NCBI GenBank assembly: GCA_022842805.1
Contig: JALHOX010000001.1
Span: 406 to 47,160 of the forward strand
Reading direction: 5' to 3'
Length of the DNA: 46,755 nt
Source of the DNA: Phycisphaerae bacterium
Lineage (GTDB): Bacteria; Planctomycetota; Phycisphaerae; UBA1845; Fen-1342
Part shown: positions 8,701 through 16,373 of the stretch, piece by piece
Layout: each line of letters starts with the position of its first letter
Position numbering within the stretch: the stretch's first letter is position 1
Program-made: the position numbers and the translations under genes
Notes under the pieces: model-generated
What the model saw: only the letters and a program-made list of their open reading frames with translations
What the model was told of the DNA's origin: nothing
The model's database searches: none

Positions 8701-8737
8701 TGGCGAAAAAAGAAGAGCAAGGCGGGAGCCTTGCTCT
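8701..8737 (-). terminator. intrinsic terminator for the minus-strand gene 8795..10717
   Basis: 9-bp stem agagcaagg/ccttgctct (8714-8722 / 8729-8737) with a 6-nt loop. On the minus strand it is followed by TCTTTTTTCGCC. Confidence 0.65.
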
Positions 8738-8752
8738 ACGGGGACTCGTCAA

Positions 8753-8784
8753 CCCTCAACGCGTTCGCGTTGAGGGCTTTTTAT
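8753..8784 (+). terminator. intrinsic terminator for the plus-strand gene 7618..8691
   Basis: Palindrome ccctcaacgcg/cgcgttgaggg (8753-8776) followed by CTTTTTAT on the plus strand. Confidence 0.7.
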
Positions 8785-8794
8785 CAATCACCGA

Positions 8795-10717
8795 TCAGCC
8801 GTTGCTCGGCTCGGTCTTCTTCTCGGCCTCGCCGCTCTCGCTGCTCTCGGCCGGCTTGGGCGGCTCGCGATAGTTGAGCAGGGTGGTGGTCTTGAGGCCC
8901 AGGCCGTCGCGCGTCGTGCGCGAGTAGCTGGACTGCAGGTAGTCGAGCTTTCGCAGGACCTTGCCCATCTTGGTCGCCATCTGCAGCACCATGCGGCCGG
9001 CCGGATCCTTGTTGATCTCGGGGTTGACCATGCTCAGCATGGGCAGCATGCCGACCATGCTGGCGAGGCCTTCGCCGAACTTGGTCAGGTCGCTGAAGGA
9101 GGCGGACACGACTCCGTCGCCCAGGGGCTCGCCCTCGGCCTTGAAGCGGGCGTTGGTTTCGAAGCTCGGCGCGGCGCCGCTCAGGCAGGCCAGCGAGGCC
9201 TGAATCGCCTTCGGGCTCGAACCGAGCCAGAACCAGCCGTCCTTAATGCCGAAGGTCGGGTTGCTGAGGCCCGGCACCATCATCAGCATCGGATTGCTGA
9301 GCGTCTTGAAGCCCGCGGCGCCTTCGATGTTGGCGTCGGCGATGCCGCCTTGCTGCTGCTGCTTCATCATCTCGCCCGCGAAATTGCAGAGCTCGGTGAG
9401 CTTGGCGCTGGCGTGGTCGGCGTTGTTGACGCCGATCAGGAAGGCCCACTCGCCCGGGGCATAGGCGCTGCGGCCCGGCAGCGAGAAGCTGAGGAACTTG
9501 TTGCCGACCAGCTCGATGAGGTCCTTCTCCAGGTCGAAAGGCATGGTGGCCTTCTGCTGGTTGAATTGCTCGATCAGCGCCGCGCCATCCGGCACTTCCT
9601 TGGCGACGAACTCCAGGATCGAGCGATAGCCGGCGTTGAGGTCCACGCCGCTGCCGTAGTTGAAGCCGCTGGCGCCCTCGGGCACATACTTGAGCGGCTG
9701 GATCGAGGCCTCGCCGTTGAAGAAGGTCTTGTAGAGGACCGTGTCCTTCGCGCTCGACTTGAGCGCGGTGAACTGGTGGGTCTTGGTCTGCTTTTCCTTG
9801 GTGGCGGCGACCGAAGCGACGAAGTCGATCGCGTCGAACTGGGCGATGAGTTTGCGGCCCAGCTCCATCTCGGGCGACTTGGCGCCGTCCTCGTTGGCGG
9901 CCGAGAACTTGGTCTCGACCTCGTTCATCATGCCGTTGATCTGCTTAAAGAGCTTGTCGGCATCGAGGAACGTGGCGGCGTCGACCGGCTCGGGGAGGTC
10001 CTTGAAGCCGGCCTGGAAGCGATCGCTCGCAGCCAGCACATCGCCCGATTCGCCCTTGACGAGCGCCAGCACCTGCTCCGGATAGCCCGAACCGAAGCCC
10101 ATCACGATCACGCCCTTTTCGCGGGCGAGCAGCAGGCCCATCGGAACCGGCAGCGAGGGGAACGTGACGCGGTGGACGATGGACTCGCCCTCGCCCGTGG
10201 TGGCGAGTGCGATTTCGCCCTCGGGCGCCATCGAAACCAGCTTTTGAGCGACCTTCGAGAGCGAGTCGAAAATCGCTCCCGCGTCGGCCTTGGCGGGCGC
10301 CACGGCCAGCGCGACCTGGTTGGTCGGGAATTCGATCTTCATCGACATGGCCGTCTCGCCGGTGAACAGCCCGGCCCAATCGACCGAGTTGAACAGGTCC
10401 GACATCTGCTGCCACTGCGCGTCGAACTCGGCCGTGTTGGCGCTGTCGCCGGCTTCCGCGGCCATCTGCTCGCGGATCATCTTCTGCAGGTCTTTTTCGA
10501 AGTGCTCGGCGCAGATCGCGTCCCAGAACCTCTTGGTCTGCTCTTTGACGAAGCTCATGCCTTCGTGATCGCGCGTGTGCACCGCCATGTAAGCGTCGGC
10601 GGGCACGGACTTGGCCAGCTTGAAATCGCCGAAGCCGGCGAAGACCGGCAGCGCGCTCACGGCGGCGGCCAGGAAGGCCAGCCACGTACGGCGCGGATTG
10701 CGAATGGACGTCAGCAT
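8795..10717 (-). CDS. hypothetical secreted protein (possibly DUF3352-like)
   Basis: The track ORF runs to 11212. The internal ATG at 10717 is preceded by AGGAGA and gives MLTSIRNPRRTWLAFLAAAVSALPVFA (signal peptide). Composition is non-repetitive and Lys/Glu-containing. The family assignment is from memory only. Confidence 0.7.
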   Translation of the reverse strand: MLTSIRNPRRTWLAFLAAAVSALPVFAGFGDFKLAKSVPADAYMAVHTRDHEGMSFVKEQTKRFWDAICAEHFEKDLQKMIREQMAAEAGDSANTAEFDAQWQQMSDLFNSVDWAGLFTGETAMSMKIEFPTNQVALAVAPAKADAGAIFDSLSKVAQKLVSMAPEGEIALATTGEGESIVHRVTFPSLPVPMGLLLAREKGVIVMGFGSGYPEQVLALVKGESGDVLAASDRFQAGFKDLPEPVDAATFLDADKLFKQINGMMNEVETKFSAANEDGAKSPEMELGRKLIAQFDAIDFVASVAATKEKQTKTHQFTALKSSAKDTVLYKTFFNGEASIQPLKYVPEGASGFNYGSGVDLNAGYRSILEFVAKEVPDGAALIEQFNQQKATMPFDLEKDLIELVGNKFLSFSLPGRSAYAPGEWAFLIGVNNADHASAKLTELCNFAGEMMKQQQQGGIADANIEGAAGFKTLSNPMLMMVPGLSNPTFGIKDGWFWLGSSPKAIQASLACLSGAAPSFETNARFKAEGEPLGDGVVSASFSDLTKFGEGLASMVGMLPMLSMVNPEINKDPAGRMVLQMATKMGKVLRKLDYLQSSYSRTTRDGLGLKTTTLLNYREPPKPAESSESGEAEKKTEPSNG

Positions 10718-10737
10718 CGAACTCGTCTCCTGTTTAC

Positions 10738-10763
10738 GGACGCCGGCCAGAGCACCGGCGTCC
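10738..10763. other. 9-bp GC hairpin immediately upstream of the SD of gene 8795..10717
   Basis: ggacgccgg-ccagagca-ccggcgtcc. On the plus strand it is followed by a T-rich stretch (cgtgtttctttcc). Confidence 0.5.
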
Positions 10764-11232
10764 CGTGTTTCTTTCCCCGTCGAGCGGCCCGAACGAGGTA
10801 GGGGGTCTGATACGTCTTTGATCGACAGGGGTCGGGTCCGACCGTGAGCCGCTCCAATGCGCTCGCCGGGAGGTCGATCAAATGCTCGCCGCATGGAGAA
10901 TGCTAACTGATGATCGGCGGTCAGGCATCCAATCGCGCGGAAGCGCACGTTTAGGCACAAGTAACGACAGGAGGGCGGCGGGAGCAAGGGGAAAAGGGGG
11001 GCGCTTCGGGCGGTCGCACGACCGTAAACCAGTCGGGATGGCGATTTTGCGAGGCGCCGGAACGGGCCGACGACTCGCCGACCGTTGTCACAACGGGCAA
11101 AACTCGCGCGTCCCTGCGCCGGCGCACTCGCAGGGGCTGCGCGGTCCGCCGTACTATGCGGGGCCGTCGACGAGCGGACTGCATCGATCGGCGGCGTCGA
11201 CTCTCGCACCACTCGACCGGACGAGGTTGCTC

Positions 11233-13473
11233 ATGCTCCTTTCCGCTCTGGCCATGACCGCCCTGCTGATCGCGGGGCTCGGGTTCTTCGCCTTTACCGC
11301 CAACAAGCGGCTGCGACTGCTGTTCGCAGCCCGCGCGCCCGAAAACCGCGGCGACCGAATGGGCGAACGGGTCGGCAATGTACTGACTTATATGTTCGGC
11401 CAAGCCCGGATGTTTCGATATCAGGCCGCCGGCATCGCCCACGCCTTCATCTTCGGCGGCTTCGTCGTCCTGGGCCTGCGGACGCTCGTGCTGATCGCCC
11501 GCGGCTACACCAGCAACCCGCACTTCGGCTTCTGGCTCTTCGACGACGGCACTTTGCTGGGCAACGCCTACCTCTTCGTCAAAGACATCATCAGCGTGCT
11601 GGTCGTGTGCGGCGTCAGCTATTTCCTGATTCAGAGATTGATCGTCAAGCCGAAGCGCATGGAGCTCTCAACCGAAGGCGTGGTCATCCTCTGCATGATC
11701 CTGGGGCTGATGTTCTCCGACATGACTTATGAAGCCGCGGCCTATCTCCGCGCGCAGAACGGCGCGGCCGCCTTCCACGCCGTCACGCCCGCCGCGTCAC
11801 TCTGGTCCTATGTGCTCGCGCCGCTGCCGATGAACGTGCTCAACACGCTGCACGCCGTCGGCTTCTGGCTGCACTCGATCATCGTGCTCGCGTTCCTGAA
11901 TTTCCTGCCCTACGGCAAGCACTTCCACATCCTGACCGTGCTGTCCAACGTGCTGACCAGCAACACCACGCAAATCGGCCTGCTGCGCGGCATCGCCGAC
12001 ATCGAGGGCAAGATCGAGCGCGAAGAGACGCTCGGGCTGAAAACCGTGCAGAACCTGCACTGGAAGGACGTGCTCGACTTCTACACCTGCACCGAGTGCG
12101 GCCGCTGCAGCGATATGTGTCCGGCGATGAACACCGGCAAGCTGCTTTCGCCCAAGCATCTGACGATGCAGCTTCGCGACCACATGTACGAGAATCAGGA
12201 TTTCCTGATTCAGCTTCGCCCCAAGCCCGCTGCGTCTGCGAACGGCGACGCGAATGGCGCAGAGGCCGGAGCGACCAGCGCCGACAGCGGCAGCTTCCAA
12301 TTGAAGGACGACGAAAAGTTCGCGCTGGTGCCGACGATCGTAAATCCGGAGGTGATCTGGGCCTGCACCACCTGCGGCGCCTGCGAGCAGGAATGCCCGG
12401 TGATGATTTCGTATGTCGACAAGATCGTCGGCATGCGCCAGAACATGGTCATGGAGCGGGGCGAATTCCCCGAGCAGTTGCAGAACGCTTTCCGCGGACT
12501 CGAGACCGTCGGCAACCCCTATAGCTTCGACAACAGCCAGCGGGCGGCGTGGGCCGAGGGGTTGAATGTCCCCTTGCGCAGCGAGAAGCCCGACGCCGAC
12601 TATCTCTTCTGGGTCGGCTGCTCGCCCTCCTTCGACGACCGCGCCCGCCGCATCGCCCGCGCCACCGCGCGGCTGATGCAGGAGGCCAAGGTCGATTTCG
12701 CGATCCTCGGACCCGAGGAAATGTGCAACGGCGATCCGGCCCGCCGCGCGGGAAATGAGTTCCTGTTTCAGACGATGGCGAAGACCAACGTCGAGGTGAT
12801 GAACAACTACGGCGTGAAGAAGATCGTCACGACGTGTCCGCACTGCTTTAACACGCTGGCCCGCGAGTATCCCGAGTTCGGCGGCAAATTCGAAGTGATC
12901 CACCACACCGACTTTTTGTGGAAGCTGCTGAAGGAAGGCCGCCTGCGGGCCAAGAACCGCATCGACGCCGCGATCACCTATCACGACTCGTGCTACATCG
13001 GCCGCTATCACGGCATCTACGACCCGCCGCGCGAGATTCTGCGGGCGATTCCGGGCCTGACCGTGGTCGACGCGCCGGAAAGCCGCAGCCGCGGCATGTG
13101 CTGCGGCGCGGGCGGCGCGCAGATGTGGAAGGAAGAGGAGCACATCGCGAGGCCGGGCAGCCGCGAAGGCGACGGCAAGGTGAACCACGCCCGCGTGAGA
13201 CAGCTCCTGCGCGTGTTGCCCGCTCGCGCGGTGGCCAAGAGCGCCGCGGCCAGCGGCGCCGTCGCCCCGGCGATGGACGCCACGGGCACGCCGCCGACCG
13301 CGGCCTGGGAAAACTCGACCGGCGACGACGTGGCGAAAATCGCCAGCGGCTGCCCCTTCTGCAAAACGATGCTCTCGGACGGTTTGACCGATCAGGGACA
13401 CGAGGAGATCGAGCAGCGCGACGTGGCGGAGTATCTGGCGCGGTCGGTGCTGGGGGATGAGGTGAAGGCGTAG
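11233..13473 (+). CDS. membrane-bound Fe-S oxidoreductase: fused NarI/DsrM/HdrE-like cytochrome-b domain and HdrD/DsrK/GlpC-like domain (2x[4Fe-4S] plus CCG)
   Basis: Start moved to ATG 11233 (GAGG 6 nt upstream). N-terminus has about 6 TM helices with His pairs (AGIAHAFIFGG, LPYGKHFHILT). Ferredoxin motifs: CTECGRCSDMCP and CTTCGACEQECP. CCG-type motifs: WVGCSPSF...CPHCFNTL and YHDSCYIGR...MCCGAGG...GCPFCKTML. Confidence 0.85.
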   Translation: MLLSALAMTALLIAGLGFFAFTANKRLRLLFAARAPENRGDRMGERVGNVLTYMFGQARMFRYQAAGIAHAFIFGGFVVLGLRTLVLIARGYTSNPHFGFWLFDDGTLLGNAYLFVKDIISVLVVCGVSYFLIQRLIVKPKRMELSTEGVVILCMILGLMFSDMTYEAAAYLRAQNGAAAFHAVTPAASLWSYVLAPLPMNVLNTLHAVGFWLHSIIVLAFLNFLPYGKHFHILTVLSNVLTSNTTQIGLLRGIADIEGKIEREETLGLKTVQNLHWKDVLDFYTCTECGRCSDMCPAMNTGKLLSPKHLTMQLRDHMYENQDFLIQLRPKPAASANGDANGAEAGATSADSGSFQLKDDEKFALVPTIVNPEVIWACTTCGACEQECPVMISYVDKIVGMRQNMVMERGEFPEQLQNAFRGLETVGNPYSFDNSQRAAWAEGLNVPLRSEKPDADYLFWVGCSPSFDDRARRIARATARLMQEAKVDFAILGPEEMCNGDPARRAGNEFLFQTMAKTNVEVMNNYGVKKIVTTCPHCFNTLAREYPEFGGKFEVIHHTDFLWKLLKEGRLRAKNRIDAAITYHDSCYIGRYHGIYDPPREILRAIPGLTVVDAPESRSRGMCCGAGGAQMWKEEEHIARPGSREGDGKVNHARVRQLLRVLPARAVAKSAAASGAVAPAMDATGTPPTAAWENSTGDDVAKIASGCPFCKTMLSDGLTDQGHEEIEQRDVAEYLARSVLGDEVKA

Positions 13474-13481
13474 CGGTCGGA

Positions 13482-13510
13482 CCGGCGTCGCGCCGGCTCA
13501 TTCGTTTTCC
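13482..13510 (+). terminator. possible intrinsic terminator after the oxidoreductase gene
   Basis: ccggcg-tcg-cgccgg stem-loop followed by ctcattcgttttcc. Confidence 0.4.
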
Positions 13511-13540
13511 TGCGGTCACTCATTTGCGGGAGAATCCCTG

Positions 13541-13650
13541 CATCTTACGCCCCAACGGGGCGTCGGAATGTAGCCACGGGTGGAGCGCAGCGGAACCCGT
13601 GGAACGATGTGCAGCGCGATCCTGCCCCGGCAGGGGCAGAGGAAGCGCAC
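13541..13650. repeat. REP-like palindromic unit, left flank of the Y1 transposase
   Basis: cttacgccccaacggggcgtcggaatgtagccacgggtggagcgc (13544-13588) is the reverse complement, with 2 mismatches, of 14221-14264. Internal hairpins: ccacgggt/acccgtgg, and ctgcccc-ggca-ggggcag (13622-13639). Confidence 0.85.
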
Positions 13651-13670
13651 CGAGTGAAAAGAGTCGCGAT

Positions 13671-14123
13671 ATGCCCGGTACATACTCGCAGTTATTGCTT
13701 CACATCGTCTTCTCGACCAAGAGTCGCACGCCGTGGCTTTCCGCCGACGTCACGCAGCGCCTCTATCCGTACATCGGCGGAATCGTCCGGGCCGAGCGAG
13801 GATCGCTATTCGACATCGGCGGCGTCGCCGACCACGTGCATCTATATCTGCGCTGGCGTCCGGACGGCGCGCTCTCAGACCTGATGCGCACGGTCAAGTC
13901 GAAATCGTCAAAGTGGGTTCACGAGACGTTTCCCGCATTTTCCGCATTCGCCTGGCAGGAGGGTTACTCGGCGTTTTCGGTGAGCAAGTCACAGGAAGAC
14001 GCGGTAAAGCGATACATCGCGGCGCAGGCGGAGCATCACAAGAAGGAGGACTTCAAGGCTGAACTGCTCCGCATTCTCCGGCTGCACGGCATCGAGTTCG
14101 ACGAGAAGTATGTGTTCGAATAA
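13671..14123 (+). CDS. IS200/IS605-like Y1 (HUH) transposase, REP-associated tyrosine transposase (RayT)-like
   Basis: Start moved to ATG 13671. MPGTYSQLLLHIVFSTKSR..., HUH motif VADHVHLYL, catalytic Tyr context AVKRYIAAQAEHHKKEDF. Confidence 0.9.
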   Translation: MPGTYSQLLLHIVFSTKSRTPWLSADVTQRLYPYIGGIVRAERGSLFDIGGVADHVHLYLRWRPDGALSDLMRTVKSKSSKWVHETFPAFSAFAWQEGYSAFSVSKSQEDAVKRYIAAQAEHHKKEDFKAELLRILRLHGIEFDEKYVFE

Positions 14124-14133
14124 CGGGTCGTGA

Positions 14134-14266
14134 TTCCGCGCGATCCCTTTGCCCCTCCGGGGCAAGACGCTCGGGGTACCCATATCCACGGGTTGCGCTC
14201 CGCCCGCGAGTACGCGGGCTGCGCTCCACCCGTGGCTACATTCCGCCGCCCCGTTGGGGCGAAGAT
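14134..14266. repeat. REP-like palindromic unit, right flank of the Y1 transposase
   Basis: gcgctccacccgtggctacattccgccgccccgttggggcgaag (14221-14264) is the inverted copy of the left unit. It carries an extra inner hairpin cccgcg-agta-cgcggg. The hairpin ttgcccc-tcc-ggggcaa (14149-14165), preceded by cgcgatcc, is in direct orientation relative to 13615-13639. Confidence 0.85.
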
Positions 14267-14394
14267 GCCTTGCCCGCGTGAGGCGAGGCCTTGCCCTTGC
14301 CCATCTGGCGTTGCGCGGTTCAGGGGCCCTCGCGCACGATACCATTTGAAGATTCTGAGGTGCGTGTCATCCGCAAACGGGAGAACGAAAACAT

Positions 14395-14574
14395 ATGCTT
14401 CGTGCCGAGCCAATCCTCGCCAAACTGAACGAACTCCGTCACGACGCCGAGGGCGACAAGACGGACATCGAATACATCGCGCTGCATCATGCCTTCTGCT
14501 TCATCTCCTACAAGATGGGCGAGTTTCAGGCCTATCTCGCCGAGGCGCAGCGGCAGCAGCCGGACGACGAATAG
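14395..14574 (+). CDS. small hypothetical protein (59 aa), not in the ORF track
   Basis: ATG 14395 is preceded by GGGAGA about 11 nt upstream. Translation: MLRAEPILAKLNELRHDAEGDKTDIEYIALHHAFCFISYKMGEFQAYLAEAQRQQPDDE, TAG at 14572-14574. G/C-rich third positions. Followed by the hairpin gcccgga-tgtcg-tccgggc. Confidence 0.4.
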   Translation: MLRAEPILAKLNELRHDAEGDKTDIEYIALHHAFCFISYKMGEFQAYLAEAQRQQPDDE

Positions 14575-14624
14575 AACGTTCGGCCCGGATGTCGTCCGGG
14601 CAGGCGTGAGTGCGGCGCGCGCCC

Positions 14625-15878
14625 CTACTCGGCAGGCGCTCCGCCGGCTGCTCTTCGACGCCGTTCCAGAAACGCGCGGGTCGCCGCGCTCTCCGTCAAT
14701 CCGATGGCGATATGAAACGCTTCTTCAGAGGCGTGCCGATCGATCGTCGCCAGTGCGTTGGCGCGCACCACCCAGTAGGGCTGATAAGCGCGAACCGCCT
14801 GCGTCTCGAGCTGCGCCAACGCAGCCAGCGCGGCCTCCGGGCCGACCGCATTCAGCACGGCGGCGGCGCGTGCCACCGCCGCACCGATGGTGGGCCGCAG
14901 CTCCAGGAGCCGGTCGTAGAGGTGAACGATCGCCGCCCACGGGGTCTCGCCGGAGCGTCGGCGCTCCGCGTGGGCCGACTGAATCGCCGCCTCGATTTGG
15001 AATGGTCCGGCCTGACGAAAGGCGGACGCCAGGGCGAGTTCACGCTCGCCGCGCTCGATGAGGGTCGCGTCCCATTCGTTCGGATCCTGCTCGTCGAGCG
15101 GGACGAACGGGCGCTCGCCGCCCTGACGTGCCGGGCTGACGCGCGATTCGGAAAAGCAAAGCAGCGCCAGCAAGCCGCGACACTCCGGCTCATCGGGCAG
15201 CAACTCAACCAGCCAGCCGGCGAGCTGCAGCGCGGCGCGGCGCAGCAGGTCGGCCTCGGCCACGTCGACCGCGGCCTCATCGCGCCCGGCCGTAAACGCG
15301 GCGTAGACGGCGCGCTGAACATCGATCAGCCGTGCGGGCAATTCGTCGGGGCCGGGGATATCAAACGGAATCGCCGCCAGCCGGATTTTCGCCTTGGCGC
15401 GAACGAGCCGCTGCTCCATGGCCGCCGGCGAAACGAGATAGGCCCGCGCGATCGCGGCCACTTCGAGCCGAAAAATCACCTGCAGCATGAGCGGCGTGCG
15501 CACGCCGGAGTCGATCGCGGGGTGTGCGCAGACCATCAATAGCTTGAGCCGCTCATCGGGCCACGACAGGTCCGCCGACTCAGCGACAGCATGGGACATG
15601 CGCTCAAGCTCGGCCAGTGCCGCGCGTCCGCGACCAGCGCGGCGAGCCGCGTCGGTCGCATTGCGCCGCGCCGCGACCAACAACCACGCCGCGGGATTCT
15701 CAGGAATTCCGCGCCGCGGCCACGACAGCAGCGCATCGGCCAGCGCGTCGCCGAGCGCGTCCTCGGCCGCGGCCAGGTCTCCAAGCCGGGCCGCGAGCGT
15801 CGCGACCAGACGACCGTAGGATTCGGTGGCGACTTTTGAGACGGCGTCGCGACTCGCATCCGCCGCTTCAGCGCTCAT
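14625..15878 (-). CDS. ECF-like RNA polymerase sigma factor with a long C-terminal helical/TPR-like domain (COG4941 type)
   Basis: YGRLVATLAARLGDLAAAEDALGDALADALLSWPRRGIPENPAAWLLVAARRNATDAARR... plus LMLQVIFRLEVAAIARAYLVSPAAMEQRLVRAKAKI (region 4). The classical genomic partner is the YCII gene, which sits 13 nt upstream. Confidence 0.85.
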   Translation of the reverse strand: MSAEAADASRDAVSKVATESYGRLVATLAARLGDLAAAEDALGDALADALLSWPRRGIPENPAAWLLVAARRNATDAARRAGRGRAALAELERMSHAVAESADLSWPDERLKLLMVCAHPAIDSGVRTPLMLQVIFRLEVAAIARAYLVSPAAMEQRLVRAKAKIRLAAIPFDIPGPDELPARLIDVQRAVYAAFTAGRDEAAVDVAEADLLRRAALQLAGWLVELLPDEPECRGLLALLCFSESRVSPARQGGERPFVPLDEQDPNEWDATLIERGERELALASAFRQAGPFQIEAAIQSAHAERRRSGETPWAAIVHLYDRLLELRPTIGAAVARAAAVLNAVGPEAALAALAQLETQAVRAYQPYWVVRANALATIDRHASEEAFHIAIGLTESAATRAFLERRRRAAGGAPAE

Positions 15879-15891
15879 GCGATTGGGGCCC

Positions 15892-16236
15892 CTACATGAC
15901 CAGATTCGGTCGAATCTCGACGACGCCGTTGGGCGAGGGAACGCGCGCGGCCCATTTGATCGCCTCGTCCAGATTCGCCGCTTCGATCACATAGAAGCCG
16001 CCGAGCAGCTCCTTGCTGTCGGTGTAGGGGCCGTCCTGTACGTCGTGTTTGCCGGGTGTGAGCCGCACACGCGTGGCGGTCGCGGGAACCTGCAGCCCGG
16101 CGCCGCCGGCCATGACGCCGGCGCTTTGGACCGCCGCGGTGTAGGCCTGCCAGCCGGCCCAGTATGCCTGGGCTTGCGGCCCCTCGCGCTTGGCCATCTC
16201 CTCGGGCTTCTCGAAAATCAGCAAGGTGTACTTCAT
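15892..16236 (-). CDS. YCII-related (DGPF) domain protein
   Basis: MKYTLLIFEKPEE...VQDGPYTDSKELLGGFYVIEAANLDEAIKWAARVP. Confidence 0.9.
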   Translation of the reverse strand: MKYTLLIFEKPEEMAKREGPQAQAYWAGWQAYTAAVQSAGVMAGGAGLQVPATATRVRLTPGKHDVQDGPYTDSKELLGGFYVIEAANLDEAIKWAARVPSPNGVVEIRPNLVM

Positions 16237-16321
16237 TGCGTGCTCCGTTCTTTCAAAGCCTGGGACCAGAAATCGGCGACGCTCGTTGCGCCGCCTTCAC
16301 CCCCATGTCGCGTGGCGGCGG

Positions 16322-16350
16322 CGACGGCCGACAGTCGTCGACTTTTTTTT
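16322..16350 (+). terminator. orphan plus-strand intrinsic-terminator-like element between two minus-strand genes
   Basis: cgacg-gccgacagt-cgtcg stem followed by T8 (16343-16350) on the plus strand only. No plus-strand CDS lies upstream. Confidence 0.4.
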
Positions 16351-16373
16351 CTGAAGTTCAGCCAGATCCGGCC

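Larger units (their letters stand above)
13541..14266 (+). mobile_element. REPtron-like / IS200-like unit (Y1 transposase plus flanking structured repeats)
   Basis: Combination of the three features above. No other copy of the repeat was noticed in this window. Confidence 0.7.

Noticed and set aside
13524-13670. 49-codon N-terminal extension of the transposase ORF, and ORFs 13989..14345 - / 14036..14413 - containing PNGA(S/A)ECSHGWSAA
   Set aside because: These peptides are translations of the palindromic REP-like repeats. The transposase family begins at MPGTYSQLL (ATG 13671).
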